A DNA stretch of 63,942 bases, the filler included, from Nemertoderma westbladi (lineage: Eukaryota > Animalia > Xenacoelomorpha), in assembly GCA_032718475.1 (NCBI GenBank). It is 3 parts of 3 records of this genome, joined end to end, with 100 filler letters (N's around TTAATTAATTAA, not from the genome) between each part and the next. Parts side by side here need not be neighbours in the genome. Positions count along the whole stretch, not along the records: positions 1 to 30,965 come from JAUCBJ010005995.1; 2 more parts are not named here. One strand, 5' to 3'. Shown piece after piece: positions 11,976 through 24,438 of the stretch (position 1 is its first letter; the number at the start of each line of letters is the position of its first letter). Both the position numbers and the translations under genes were made by a program. The notes beneath the pieces were generated by a model. The model ran no database searches, had not been told where the DNA came from, and saw only the letters and a program-made list of their open reading frames with translations.

Positions 11976-13610
11976 TCAACCGAGAAGCCCCAGTAACCGA
12001 TTAGCGAACGCCATCGGACGCACTTTGGGATGCGGAACTGCGTCGTAAGTAACAAACTGTGGCTTCAGTTGCGGGGCAACAAGATTAATAAACGCGCCCT
12101 TATTGCCCATCGAGTCGCAATAGTTTGGGGCGGAGAATATGGTAATGCAGCGCGAATCGTGAGCGACTTCGTAGCCTTCGGGTTTAACTTCGTGACTACG
12201 AATTATATAATCTAGTTTATTCTCATCGCAGAATCGCTTGGTAACGTCGGGACCGAACTGGGTGCCGACACCGCGTTTACTGGGAGCGCGACCCGGGGAC
12301 CCCATGGGATCCGACCACAACAGATCGCACATGATCCCGGACTCTGGGGGCTGTCTGTTCCGTTGGAGACCCCGGATATCGGAGAGTTTAACACCCTCCT
12401 CCGAAAACAAACCCCCGTGGGCGACCAGAACCCGCCCGTTTATGAGATGCGCCAAAGGAAGAAGATTATAGATCTCGGTAAACAACAACGCCATATCGGG
12501 GCTGTACTTGGCACGAACCTCCCCTTCGAATCCGTACATCTGGTTCATCGTCTCAGTTTCGTGATTCCCTCGCGCTAAAAACAAATGCGACGGATAAAGA
12601 AGTTTTAAAGCGAAAAGCGAGATAATAACTTCCACGCTAAAACTACCCCGGTCAACAAAGTCCCCGTTAAATAAATACGGGTTGTCTTCAGAAGGCAGAC
12701 CATTCAGTTGGAATATATTTAGTAGGTCGTAGAATTGACCGTGTATATCCCCACAGACAGTGAACCTACTCCCTTCCGGAATGCTTATATCCACCAACGT
12801 CTCGACCCCTAAGAAGAACGTCTTCACTTGCCGCAAGATCTCGAACACAAACTTGCGATGGAGCCTTTTCTCCTCTTTGAACTCTTCAAGGATTTGTTTA
12901 ACAAACTCCAGTGTTACGACTCCGTCCTCCAACAGCTTGGCGCCCTTGTAATCATCCGTTATCGTTATGGATTGAATGTCCAGAGTGTCCAACACTGATT
13001 TGCTTGTATCGTCATTGGCTATCGCTTTCTCGAAGGCTTTCTGTTTTACTATTTTGTTGCACTCTGAGTATTTTAATCTGGCGGCTTTATCATTGGGTCG
13101 AACTTTACAAACGATCTCGAAATCTTTCAAGGCGAGTTTGAACTTCCCCAGACTCATATTAGCAGCTGCGCGTCTGTAGTAACCCTTAACAAATGTGTTG
13201 TCTAACTCCAACGCTCGGTTCGCGTCAGCTAACGCGGCCCCAAACATCTCGGTTTTAAGATACGCGAAACTTCGGTTCCCGTAGTACGTAGACGCGTTTG
13301 GGTTGAGATTTATCGCTTTGTTATACAACTCTATTGCTTTATCGTATTCGCCTTTCTTAAAGAATTTATTGGCCTCGTCTTTCAATTTCTCCGCATCCTC
13401 AACCGCTCCGTCGCAGGAGCCATTCTGACTGGCTACACATTCTGATTCGTCTTTATCGGCCTCCATTACATCTAAACGCTCCCGTTTCCGGTTGAACCAA
13501 TAATTGTAATTCACTACGTTTATTATCAATAAGGTTGCGACCGCTGTGCCAACAATTACCAGTAGCGCTGATCTATCGAGGGTTAGAAAACTATTGTACC
13601 AATTCGTCAT
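11976..13610 (-). CDS. PPP5C: Serine/threonine protein phosphatase 5, intronless, 544 aa from ATG 13610
   Basis: Three TPRs (AEKLKDEANKFFKKGEY...), PPP motifs GDIHG, GDFVDRG, RGNHE, SAPNY and C-terminal VPHPKVRPMAFAN. Confidence 0.97.
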   Translation of the reverse strand: MTNWYNSFLTLDRSALLVIVGTAVATLLIINVVNYNYWFNRKRERLDVMEADKDESECVASQNGSCDGAVEDAEKLKDEANKFFKKGEYDKAIELYNKAINLNPNASTYYGNRSFAYLKTEMFGAALADANRALELDNTFVKGYYRRAAANMSLGKFKLALKDFEIVCKVRPNDKAARLKYSECNKIVKQKAFEKAIANDDTSKSVLDTLDIQSITITDDYKGAKLLEDGVVTLEFVKQILEEFKEEKRLHRKFVFEILRQVKTFFLGVETLVDISIPEGSRFTVCGDIHGQFYDLLNIFQLNGLPSEDNPYLFNGDFVDRGSFSVEVIISLFALKLLYPSHLFLARGNHETETMNQMYGFEGEVRAKYSPDMALLFTEIYNLLPLAHLINGRVLVAHGGLFSEEGVKLSDIRGLQRNRQPPESGIMCDLLWSDPMGSPGRAPSKRGVGTQFGPDVTKRFCDENKLDYIIRSHEVKPEGYEVAHDSRCITIFSAPNYCDSMGNKGAFINLVAPQLKPQFVTYDAVPHPKVRPMAFANRLLGLLG

Positions 13611-14532
13611 AAGATCAAATTTGAAATGTGAAAATAGCAAGTAAAATATGAACTAGACGGAAAGACTAGTGTAACTGCTGTAGGTCTAATGGAATGGTAG
13701 GCCTAAAGTCGCGATAGGTCCCATTTCACCATTTTTATTAAAGCTGTAAAGGTCACACAGCTGTTGATGCACTGCGCTAACTTCCACCGTCTTAGGACAG
13801 TTGCCAACTTTGAATAATTGTATCCCTCTACACTTTACTAACCTGCATAATATTGTACTGGCGTAATAGAGAATTTTTACTCCCTATGCACCATGCAAAA
13901 TCACTCCCCGGTTCAAATTCCCTAGTGAACTTTCACCTCCAGGGTGTATTTTCCCTACCGTTGGGCTAGTGCAGTGCAGTAGTGTATTTTAACCTCCTCC
14001 GGTGAAAACTGACCCCTCCATTTATCAATTTTTACTCTGTGCAAATCCATCCCCGGTTGAATTTCCCTAGTGTATTCTCACTCCAAGATAATTTTTGTAT
14101 CTTCTCCAGTAGGCCTACTTTACTATATACAAATCTCCAGCATGTGTTTATTTATGTTCTAGAGGTATCTGTGGTCGTCTGTTAGCTTAACTGCAGGCTT
14201 AAATCGAATATAAATTGATATTGACATTTAAAATATCATGGGGCGGGCTGGCGGGGGTCTGGGGGTATGAATACCTTTACCGGTACACTGACTGACTGAT
14301 GAGGTTTAAATTTCACTACAAAATCACCCAGAGTAGTTTCACCCCCGGTTAAAATGTAAAATACCCTAGTGAATTCTAACCGGGAGAGCAAATACACTAT
14401 AGAGACACTAGAATTTGGACTGGAATTTTAACTGCTGTTTGTAGTTAGGCCTACCTACAAAATATGGACATTGGACAGGTATAACATAATGATTTCTTCT
14501 AAGCTATCCTGTATTAGAGTAGGCCTATTAAG

Positions 14533-15215
14533 GGTACGTACTAAAAGGTAGAACGATCTATAACGGGCTATAACGATCTACGACGATCTAGGCCTACAGA
14601 TCTATAACCTGATAACGGGCTATAATTTCCTATAAACAAGCTATCTGCCTATAACGAGCTATAATATGAAAATTTACATTAAAAAAACGCCCCTTGGGTG
14701 TGTTTAACTTTTGGATTAACACGGTGGTCTGAAAAATACCGCAGGTTAAAAATTAGGGTAGGCTTATCTGCCTATGTCTAATTGATACTGGTAAGTTTTT
14801 TTTATTGGCCTATATATATTGGCCTACTATATTCCTGTATTCTATATCGACCAGAAGCTGACAGCGGATAGCAGGATGGAGGATAGACAGAGAGATGCAG
14901 AGATGGGAGACCTCTCCACTGCTGCACTGTCTGATAGTCAATAATGCAGTACTGGCATGCTGACTAATGCAGTAATGACTGATTTCGTGATACCACAAAG
15001 ATGAAAAGCATTATGGACTAAAAAACCAAATTGCGTAATTAAATTACTGACTAGTAAAATAAATCCATTCTAAAATATGATTTTTTAATGTAAATTTTCA
15101 GATTATAGCTCGTTATAGGCAGATAGGTGGTAATAGCTTGTTATAGGAGTTATACTGTAGCCTGTTATAGATCGTTATAGCCCGTTATAGATCGTTCTAC
15201 TTTTTAGTACGTACC
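14533..15215. mobile_element. MITE, Mutator-like
   Basis: TIR GGTACGTACTAAAA..TAGAACGATCTATAACGGGCTATAAC with its reverse complement at the right end; 9-bp TSD CCTATTAAG at 14524-14532 and 15216-15224. Confidence 0.88.
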
Positions 15216-15498
15216 CCTATTAAGCACATATAGCTAGGCTGGTAACGGCCACGATTTTTGCACTACCCATGGCCTAATATAGGCCTATATAGTAGGCCAT
15301 GCACTACCGCTACCACCAATTAAACTAAAAGTAAAACTAATGTAAACGGATGAGGCCGTTTGGCTGCTGGTCGTTCCGCACAACGTACTGCTGTGTGCTG
15401 CTACAGTAGCTGTACTGTCAGTTATTTAGTTGTGCTGTGCAGCAGTGTGGTCACGAAACTGGTTGGAAGTATGAGTATTGTATGGGTGTAAACGTTAA

Positions 15499-15691
15499 GC
15501 AGACAGTGGTGCAGACAGTGGTGCAGACACTGGTGCAGACAGTGGTGCAGACAGTGGTGCAGACAGTGGTGCAGACAGTGGTGCAGACAGTGGTGCAGAC
15601 AGTGGTGCAGACAGTGGTGCAGACAATGTTGCAGACAGTGGTGAGACACTGGTGCAGACAGTGGTGCAGACACTGGTGCAGACACCTGGTG
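15499..15691 (+). repeat. 12-bp tandem repeat (GCAGACAGTGGT)n
   Basis: About 16 near-perfect units. Confidence 0.95.
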
Positions 15692-16259
15692 AAAATACTG
15701 AAATACCAGAGTACCACAAAACACAATTCCATCAGGCACTATTATTTATATTTTATCATAGACTTTATTATCTACAAATAATATGCGAGTAACTACTGAA
15801 AGATTCTAAATGAAGTAGGGAGGAAGTATGTCGTACAATACGGGGTGCGTGGGGGTGAATGTGCCATGAATACAAATAATTATAAGTGGTGTATACGAAA
15901 GTAATTAATCGGTATTCCCATTTTCATATTATATAAACAATAATGTGTACAAACTGAGCTGCAATGTCTCAAAGGAGCACAGGAATGAGGCTTAAGCGAC
16001 AGTGTTTGATTGTTTATACATGACCTACTTTATACAGAGTATGTTCTATTTGTTTACCTTTACTGGAGTCACTGCTTATTAATAAAACGAGCTAATCAAG
16101 TTATTGTATCATGCTGGGGGGATATACATTCTCTAACTGCAGTAAGGTCTCAGGAATTCTTAGCCCGCGAGTAATATTAGCCCGCTAAACAATGACGTTT
16201 ATTGTTTTGGTTCCCCCAATACGCCTCTGAAACCTGCTACTTTACTAACCTGCTCATTT

Positions 16260-16418
16260 ACTGTCTGCACCAGTGTCAGCACCACTGCACCACTGTCTGC
16301 ACCAGTGTCTGCACCACTGACTGCACCAATGTCTGCATCACTGTCTGCACCAGTGTCTGGACCAGTGTCTGCACCACTGTCTGCACCAGTGTCTGCACCA
16401 GTGTCTGTACCACTGTCT
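16260..16418 (-). repeat. Same 12-bp repeat in inverted orientation
   Basis: (ACCACTGTCTGC)n, about 13 units. Confidence 0.92.
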
Positions 16419-16629
16419 TTGGATATCATACTATTCGGAATATCAAAATCGTATGTTGTATATATTGTATTGCATTTATTAAATACATAGTATAACAAAT
16501 ATGTTATCATTGTTGTACAACATTCATGATAAATTTAGTATTTTTTCATTGTATTAAAACTAATATATAACATAAGCACCATTTTTTTTTATTAATCGTG
16601 GTTGGTAATTTTATTACCCAAACTGTTAA

Positions 16630-18123
16630 TTACAACCAACTCACTACGAACCATTTCTTCTTACCGAGTTTAAGCAATGAAACTCCATTACTGAGAATGT
16701 ATTTATCAGCAGTCATTAATTCATTACAATCTCTACAACGAAACTCGTTAATAAGAACTCCTCCCCGCTCAATAACTTCACGACATTTCAACCTATTTGG
16801 ATAGCAGCCTAAATAATCCACCACGTCCAAGATCGTAAGATTATCGCGTAGTCTTAACGATGTAATAAGACAACCGAAGTGCTTCTCTATGTAGGAATTC
16901 GATAGATTCTGTAAGACCTGGGAAGGTCTATTGGACTCTGAGTGGTACAATAAGTTTGTTATAACTTGCGCGGCTTGTAACCCTTCTGTTCCGTGTACGT
17001 AATAAGTAACTTCTTCCGCTAGCGAACTCTGAGCTAACCGTCGGCCTGGGTCGGACCGGTGGAGTAATAAAAGCGAATCGATATCGTCAGAGGAACGAAA
17101 AGAGTAATGTTTAGAGTACTTAGTGACGTCATTGTCGGACAATCGAAGGAAATACTGGTAGAACTGGAAGGAGGAAGTTTGTTCCGGGTTCAACCAGACG
17201 GCGGTGCCTTCAGACTTAGATAGCTTACTGCCATCGGGTCCCAACACCAACGGAGTAGTTAACCCGTAGACCTCGGAACCGGTTCTAGATTTTATCATCC
17301 GGTTTCCTGAGACAATATTCCCCATCTGATCGCTTCCGCCCAGTTGAATGCGACAGTTTCTTGAGCGGAACAGATGGTAGAAATCGTAGGCTTGGAACGC
17401 AGAGTAACAAAACTCGGCCAAGTTCATTCCTGCGTCCTCGAGTCTCAGTTTTACGTAATCGCGACTTAATACATCGCCGACTCTTATGTGCCGCGCGAAC
17501 TGGCTTATAAAGTCTGTCGCTGGGAGTTCTTTGTACCAGTCGTAGTTGTTCAATATATCCATGGCGGGAGTTGCAGGGGATATAACTCCAGCAACACGTA
17601 GATTCCGCTCGACATTAGCGATACTCTCTGTGATCGATTTGACGCTGTTTCCTATAACATCGACAGATTGCTCCCGTCTCTCCGAGGTTCTACCGCTGGG
17701 GTCTCCGACCGCCGCGGTTCCCTGGCCAATCACAGCGACCGCTCGGTATCCGACTGCGTGGAAGCGGAACAGCGTGACCAATGGCAGGAGGTTTCCTATG
17801 TGTAAGGAGACCGACGTGGGGTCGAACCCACAATATACGCCCACGTTAGGGTCGCGTCGCAAAGACTCGCTAATCCCGTAACTTAAAGCGCTCATCGATG
17901 GGAACGCGTTGGCGATACAACCACGGCGCTGCAGGTCTTCAAAAAGTTGGTGCTGAGTTCCACTACGAGTGTCGAGTTCGGTACCGGTACATTGTGTTTT
18001 AGTTGAGGAGTATTTGCGGTGTTCAGTTCGATACCAATAGGTCGAGCCTTTCAATGAAGAGCTGAAAGTAATTCGTCTAGAAACTGTTTCAGGTACTACC
18101 GGTAGTTGCAACCGCAAGAACAT
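16630..18123 (-). CDS. YARS2: Mitochondrial tyrosyl-tRNA synthetase, intronless
   Basis: YCGFDPTSVSLHIGN (HIGH), QAYDF, QLGGSDQMGN, KLSKS (KMSKS) and a C-terminal S4-like GKKK. The Arg/Ser-rich N-terminus fits a mitochondrial presequence. First ATG at 18123. Confidence 0.93.
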   Translation of the reverse strand: MFLRLQLPVVPETVSRRITFSSSLKGSTYWYRTEHRKYSSTKTQCTGTELDTRSGTQHQLFEDLQRRGCIANAFPSMSALSYGISESLRRDPNVGVYCGFDPTSVSLHIGNLLPLVTLFRFHAVGYRAVAVIGQGTAAVGDPSGRTSERREQSVDVIGNSVKSITESIANVERNLRVAGVISPATPAMDILNNYDWYKELPATDFISQFARHIRVGDVLSRDYVKLRLEDAGMNLAEFCYSAFQAYDFYHLFRSRNCRIQLGGSDQMGNIVSGNRMIKSRTGSEVYGLTTPLVLGPDGSKLSKSEGTAVWLNPEQTSSFQFYQYFLRLSDNDVTKYSKHYSFRSSDDIDSLLLLHRSDPGRRLAQSSLAEEVTYYVHGTEGLQAAQVITNLLYHSESNRPSQVLQNLSNSYIEKHFGCLITSLRLRDNLTILDVVDYLGCYPNRLKCREVIERGGVLINEFRCRDCNELMTADKYILSNGVSLLKLGKKKWFVVSWL

Positions 18124-19048
18124 ATCGGCCGGCACATTTATAATAATATTCCCAGATTAATTACTGTACATTAATCAGTACCCAGGTACCGGTATGTATT
18201 TTTGTATTATTCAATAGAATATTATTCTACTGTAGGCCTATCTATCTATCATCTATCTAACAGTCTAATGCAGAAATTGTAATTAATACAGTACATGCAG
18301 TAAATATTAGATAATCTGATAACACCACCCCCATAGCTGACAGCCAGACAGAGACAGTTAAATAAATATGTTTCCAAAGCTGTAAGGATTGGAAAAATTT
18401 GGCAAATCGATGCATTACATACCGAAACCGACATACATGTAATTGATGTATTATTCTCGATTACTAGGCCTACTGTATTACTGGTACCGGTACCGTACTA
18501 CTGCTGTACCGGTGCTGTTCTACAGGGTATTTAGTTGTCTGCAGGCAACTAGGTCATAGGCCTAAGCCTAACTGATAAAATGAATTCAAATCTCCCTGTA
18601 AAATTCCAACCACTCAATATCATCCAATAGCTAAAGGAGTATGCAACAGTTGCCAGCCAATCTATAAGAATGGGCATTTAAATAGGTGTGTAACGAATTA
18701 GTTACCGTTACTCTTATTTAATTAAATATGGTTGACTACAATGTTGTCTATGAGTAGGTTTGTTGACGTGAAACAGTTTGTCTCGTGACACGAGTAAAGG
18801 AAAGTGAATATTGTCTCGTGGCTCCTGAGTAAGAAAAGTGAAACAGGTTGTCTATCGTGACTTGACGTTTCTTAAGAAATTCAATTGTCACATGTCACCA
18901 TTAAAAATAAAATGACGATAATATTATGGATTGAAATCTAGTCCGCTGATTCAATCTCCCATAATAAATAAATTTAATTTAATACGTATTGCCTGGGAAC
19001 GTAATAATTAATTACAGTAATTGCGAAATTGTGTAGCCTAATTACTAA

Positions 19049-19150
19049 GGCTGCGTATACACCAGTGTTGACGTGTAACTGTTTACCCCATATACTGGTA
19101 CCGCCAACTGTGACACATGACACGTCAACACTGGTGTATAATACGCAGCC
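19049..19150. mobile_element. Tiny PIF/Harbinger-like MITE
   Basis: About 28-bp TIR GGCTGCGTATACACCAGTGTTGACGTGT, flanked by TAA and TTA. Confidence 0.7.
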
Positions 19151-20562
19151 TTATGTAATAATGATGTAATAATAATGTTAAATTAATATACTGTATTGTT
19201 GAATTTAAATAGTTTTTAAAGTAACCCAGCCGTAATTCTCGTAACCCGACCACTTTTATAGTCACACGCTCTGATTTGTATTGCGGGTTGCCATACTGGA
19301 GTGGGCTGGTGGTCGCAGCAGCTCGGTTGATCTTGATATTGTCTCACTTGGCTTTTAAAGACGACAGACTACAGTATTAGTGTCCCCTTTTTCCGCCACC
19401 CCACATGGGTCCTGCACATCCACTTCACCCCTTCCATCTCTAGAACTACAATAAAGCCGATACATTCAACTCAGTATTATTGTCCCATACACTACAAATA
19501 TGAATACGTACTGTAGGTAAAGGAATGTAATTCAGTGAGGTGACAATAGCCCAAGTCCACGAGTCATTCGTGTCCGTCCGCATTGTACTTCGAATAAGAT
19601 ACACACTAATAACAAGCTTGCCAGCCGAGAGCTGGCAATAATGGATGGACCCATTGCTATCAACAATGCGCATATGCAGGGCAGCCTAAATAAAGAAAAA
19701 CGCAAACCGAAACATTGGGCAAAGTAGGCCTACCGTCTGTACAATACAATTATTATTGTTGTACTGTAACAAATTACGCGGCTATGCAGGGCAGCCTAAT
19801 AACGAAAAACTCATAACGAAACATTGGGCGAATGCGACATGCGACGACGCCTCAACTTTTCTTTGCTGATATCGACCCTGATGTGTCTCCGCGGGTTCCG
19901 GTCAGCTGCCAGACGACCAGTGAGGGTGGCAGTTGCTGACGCATCTATCGTGTTGGCGAAGGCGGACATGGATCCAGCACTGTTTGTGTGAGGGACTATT
20001 GCTGCTGTACTGTAGTATTAAACCATCTCATGTAGGCCTACTGTGGTAAATAGCCAGTAGGTTATACATTTGTGCTTTTATGGTTGCCAGTTTTGCTAGT
20101 TTTGTCAGCTGGTGGCTTGTTTTATAATAAACTTATTAATAAAGTAAATGTGCCGAAAGGTTTCAAAAAAAACATTTGGCAAAGTACAAAATAGTAGTAC
20201 AGTACAGTATATATATATATACTATACAGTAGGCCATTATGTTAAAAAAAACAATGTTTGTAGGAAATGTATCTTCTCATACAATTCTAAACGAAATAAA
20301 GCGAAATTTTGCAAAAAGCATGTGCAATAAATGCTCCCTATGGGGTTTCGACAGAATTTTGAAAGAGTGAATTCTACGATTATGATCGGTCAGTCTAGAA
20401 TTAATTTCACTGTTGCTAGGCAACCAAAAGGTCCCACGCAAAATAAACCTTGCATAGACAAACTAGGTCTGATAATGAACCTATCATCAAAGTATCATCC
20501 AATTCCATCAACTACATGCAAGAAGTTGTGTGTACAAACAAACACGTGTGAGAAATAAGGAT

Positions 20563-20666
20563 ATCCAAATTGGATCCGTTCAACATCCAACTTGAATCCG
20601 TCCAACATCCTACTTGGATCCGTCCAACATCCAAATTGGATCCGTCCAACATCCAACTTGGATCCG
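20563..20666. repeat. 22-bp tandem repeat ATCCAAATTGGATCCGTCCAAC
   Basis: About 4.7 copies. Confidence 0.85.
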
Positions 20667-21664
20667 CGTATACATTTTTGTTGTAAAATAAAGTTTACAT
20701 TTTTTTAAATTTTCTCAAATTTTACAATAAGAATTATGGAAATAATATTAAAGTAAAAACGTTTTTGAAGATATGAAAGTTAGCGTCTGTGATACCAACT
20801 ATACGTTAGGCCTACTTAGAAAACTAATGTAATGGTACAATGCAGAATAAAATTAGTTATTTGTGAATAAAGTAAGAAATCAAGCAAAATTACAAGTAAA
20901 TAAAGGTTTTAGTCTTGCTATACAGTATTCCGCCATATTGTCGGCATTGTGAATGCGCAATAATTACATATCCGTAATAATAAATTGTTTAATTTGCCGA
21001 AGATATGTTCTGGACTGTTGAATCTAATAATTTGTCTCGGTTAACTGGTTAAATGTATTTATTATTTTCAGTTTTCCAGACGCGAAGGTTTAAATAAAAC
21101 CAGCCTTAAGAAGAGTTGACATAATATAGCAGGATGAAACCAAATTATTACAATTAAAAATAATAATTATTGATATAATAATTATTAATTACTTAGGAAA
21201 AAAGTATAATTTTTTTTCACTATTCTCGAGGCATTTTATTTACTGAGCGCATTTACCGATAAAACAGACATCAAACAGCCAAAGGGAATAAATTATCTGA
21301 AAGAAAGTGACCAATGCATCTACAGTAATTCAGAACATGCAGACATGGCATGCATGGCCTTCCCTAGCGAAGTCCGGATTTACGTCAGTCTGTCAGACTG
21401 TGTGCCAGTCCTTGCTTCAGTAGTCCTTGGCTACGCCAGTCAGTCTGGGAAATTAGCCCAATAGGGAAATTTTAAAATTTCCCTATAGGGAAACTTTTAT
21501 TTCCCTATAGGGAAATTTTAGCATAATGGCTATGGCGCATTCCCTGACTGCCTGAGGACATAGCGCATTAAGTGAGATATACTAGGTCATTGTGTCATTC
21601 ACCTCTACGCTCTACCCTATCTTCAATATAACTACTGCCACAAGGCAGCCAACTACTACCCTGG

Positions 21665-22944
21665 ACAAGTCCCTAAAAGGTGCCACCCTGCTCCATAGCG
21701 CGGGAAATTCAATTGATTGAAAGACATGTAATTTGTACTGGAAAGGGTGGCAGATCAGATCTGCTACCTATATTTTGGCGGTAAATTCAAATCCTGAAAT
21801 CTGTTTTAACGTTGAATACATGAATAGAGTAAGACTAAATGTAATTCATTGAATCAGAATAAATTATTTCTTATCGGTTTAACTCACTCATCCATTATTG
21901 TTGTTGTTTTATCTATTCTGGGACTTCGAGCAGCACGTGAACAAATAAACTGGCTGGATGGGACTTCGAGCAGCACGTGAACAAAACTAAACCAGCACGT
22001 TAACTAGTCTGGGACTTCGAGCAGCACGTGAACAACTAATCTGACTGGTTAACTAGTCTGAGACTTCGAGCAGCACGTTAACAACTAAGCTGACTTGTTA
22101 ACAGTCTGGGACTTCGAGAAGCACGTGAACAACTAAATCAGTACGTTAACTAGTCTGGGGCATAGAGCAGCACGTGAACAAATAAACTGGCTGGATACCT
22201 AGTCTGGGACTTCGAGCAGCACGTGAACGAAACTAAACCAGCACGTTAACTAGTTTGGGGCTTCGAGCAGCACGTGAACAACTAAGCTGACTGGTTAACT
22301 ATAGTCTGGTACTTCCAGTAGCACGTGAACAACTAAGCTGACTGGTTAACTAGTCTGGGACTTCGAGCAAAATCGAAGCAAAAACTTCTATCAGTAAAAT
22401 GTAAAGAACATTTATTATTTGCTTGTATCAGTTATAATTACATCAGAACATTATAATTATAACAATATAGCAGGGAACTGCATAGTAAAATATATCGCAG
22501 GTAAGCCTACTGTAATAACAATAGGTGTATAATGCTTCTGCCTATACTGCTATCTGGCTATATCTGTCCCAGACATGTACCAGACTGGTTAACCAGTCAG
22601 CTTAGTTGTTTACGTGCTGCTCGAAGTCCCAGACTTGTTAACCAGCCAGTTTAGTTGTTCACGTGCTGCTCGAAGTCCCAGAATAGATAAATCAACAACA
22701 TTACCGGATGACTGGATGAGTGAGTTAAACCGATAATAAATAATTGATTCTGATTCAATGAATTACATTGGCAGATTGGTCTTACTCTATCAGTCTATAA
22801 TGTATTCAATGTTAAAACAGATTTGAATTTACCACCAATAGGTGGCAGATCTGATCTGCCACCCTTTCCAGTACAAATAACATGTCTTTCAATCATTTGA
22901 ATTTCCCGCGCTATGGTGCAGGGTGGCACCTTTTAGGGACTTGT
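21665..22944. mobile_element. Foldback-type non-autonomous DNA transposon with internal ~48-bp tandem repeats
   Basis: Inverted arms over 250 bp beginning ACAAGTCCCTAAAAGGTGCCACCCTG; TSD CTACCCTGG (21656-21664, 22945-22953; a 7-bp reading TACCCTG is equally possible). About 10 GGGACTTCGAGCAGCACGTGAACAA units on the left and about 2 inverted on the right. It interrupts a TTTCCCTATAGGGAAA-rich repeat. Confidence 0.88.
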
Positions 22945-24438
22945 CTACCCTGGGGGTTTTACAGACATGTGAACATTAACTTTGCCTGTTTCCCTATAGG
23001 GAAACATGTATATATTTCCCTATACGGAAATTTTACCATGGAAATCTCTCACAATGACATCAGAAATTTCCCGATAGGGAAATATTGCCATAACAGTTTA
23101 GGTGGGCCTGCGATGGTTTAATTAAATTGAATGATAACTGATATAACTTATAACCTGATAACTGGATAACTGCACAAGTGTGTTATTAGTGTGCCAATTA
23201 TGAATTAAATGGACTGCTAAATTAACTGCACTGTGTATTACTGTGTGCCTTGTAGTATTACAGTATTAGAGATACCTACAACATTACTAATTCTGAATTC
23301 AGCAATACTGCATGCACATGTAATACAGCAATACCTGAATACAGTACTGCAGTACGGTAAGTAAGTGGAAATGTTTGAATGCTAATAAGTAATAGGCCTA
23401 ACCAAGGCTGAAAAGCGCGCGGAACTGAAATAAAAGTGCGCAAAATTATGTGAAAGACAACAAAAGTGCGCAGTAATCTGTGCAAAATATCAAGTCATAA
23501 AGTGCGCGGACAGGCGGATGAGGTGTAAAAAAGTTTACTGTTTACATGCATCTATGTAATGTAATGTAATGTAATTGCACTCCAAATAATTGCACCAACA
23601 AATAAAATAATTAATTATTTAAAATTAATCTTAATGACATACATATTCACAAAATGAAATTGAATTAGACCTTTAATTAAACAATTATATGTATGGAGGG
23701 AGAAGATAACCCAGGCAATGTTGCACTTACGAGCGTATCTCTATTGGAATTAAGTAAAAATATTGCAAACTAAAAAAATAAAATGGTAAAACACGGTCAG
23801 TCATTATGAACAGAGAAAATATAAAAAAAAATAAAAATAAAAATCAAATCAAAATCAAAATACAAAATTCTCTAAAGTGAGAAAAATAATTTGCTACAAA
23901 AAATTTCGCTTGCTTCGCTCGCATTCCTTTGCATTTTGCATTGTCAGATTGCTCAAATGTCTAAATTTCGCTCACTTTGAGTTTTGCTCGCGTTTCTTTT
24001 TCATTTTGCATTGTTACTGAAAAAAATTTGCTAGCTTCGCTCGCGTATGTTTTTCGTTTTTTTTTTTTTTTAAATGAGGTGTGCGCGTTTTTTTCGGTGC
24101 ATGCGTGGTAGGCCTATATTGTCCAATTTTGCGCAGACGAAGTGCGCGGTTCAGTGGTGGTTTGCAGCCTGGTGCCTGGGTAGGCCTACAACAATCTGAC
24201 AATCTCATTGCATTACCTCATGCCTCAGCCAGCAAACCAGTCCAGCCCAGCAGTAATCTGTTCAGTCTTTCTTTATTCTGTCAGTCTATAACTTTCTGAC
24301 AGTGTTATTTATACTGTTATAGGCATACATCTTGCACATTATTACTTTATCTACCGGCAGACCGGTCCGGTACAGGTACTTCTTGCAGTTTGATCTTGAA
24401 TTAAATTAAAATTAAATTAAGCAGTGTTGTCTAGAGAT

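Noticed and set aside
15422-16510. Cys/His-rich or SAPL-repeat ORFs
   Set aside because: Translations of a stop-free 12-bp repeat.
19674-19850. HDV-like ribozyme near GGCGAATGCGAC
   Set aside because: No P1/P2/P3 pairing partners found nearby; it is only a ~50-bp direct repeat.
21916-22370. CRISPR-like array of GGGACTTCGAGCAGCACGTGAACAA
   Set aside because: The spacers are related variants, and the array sits inside a TIR element with a TSD.
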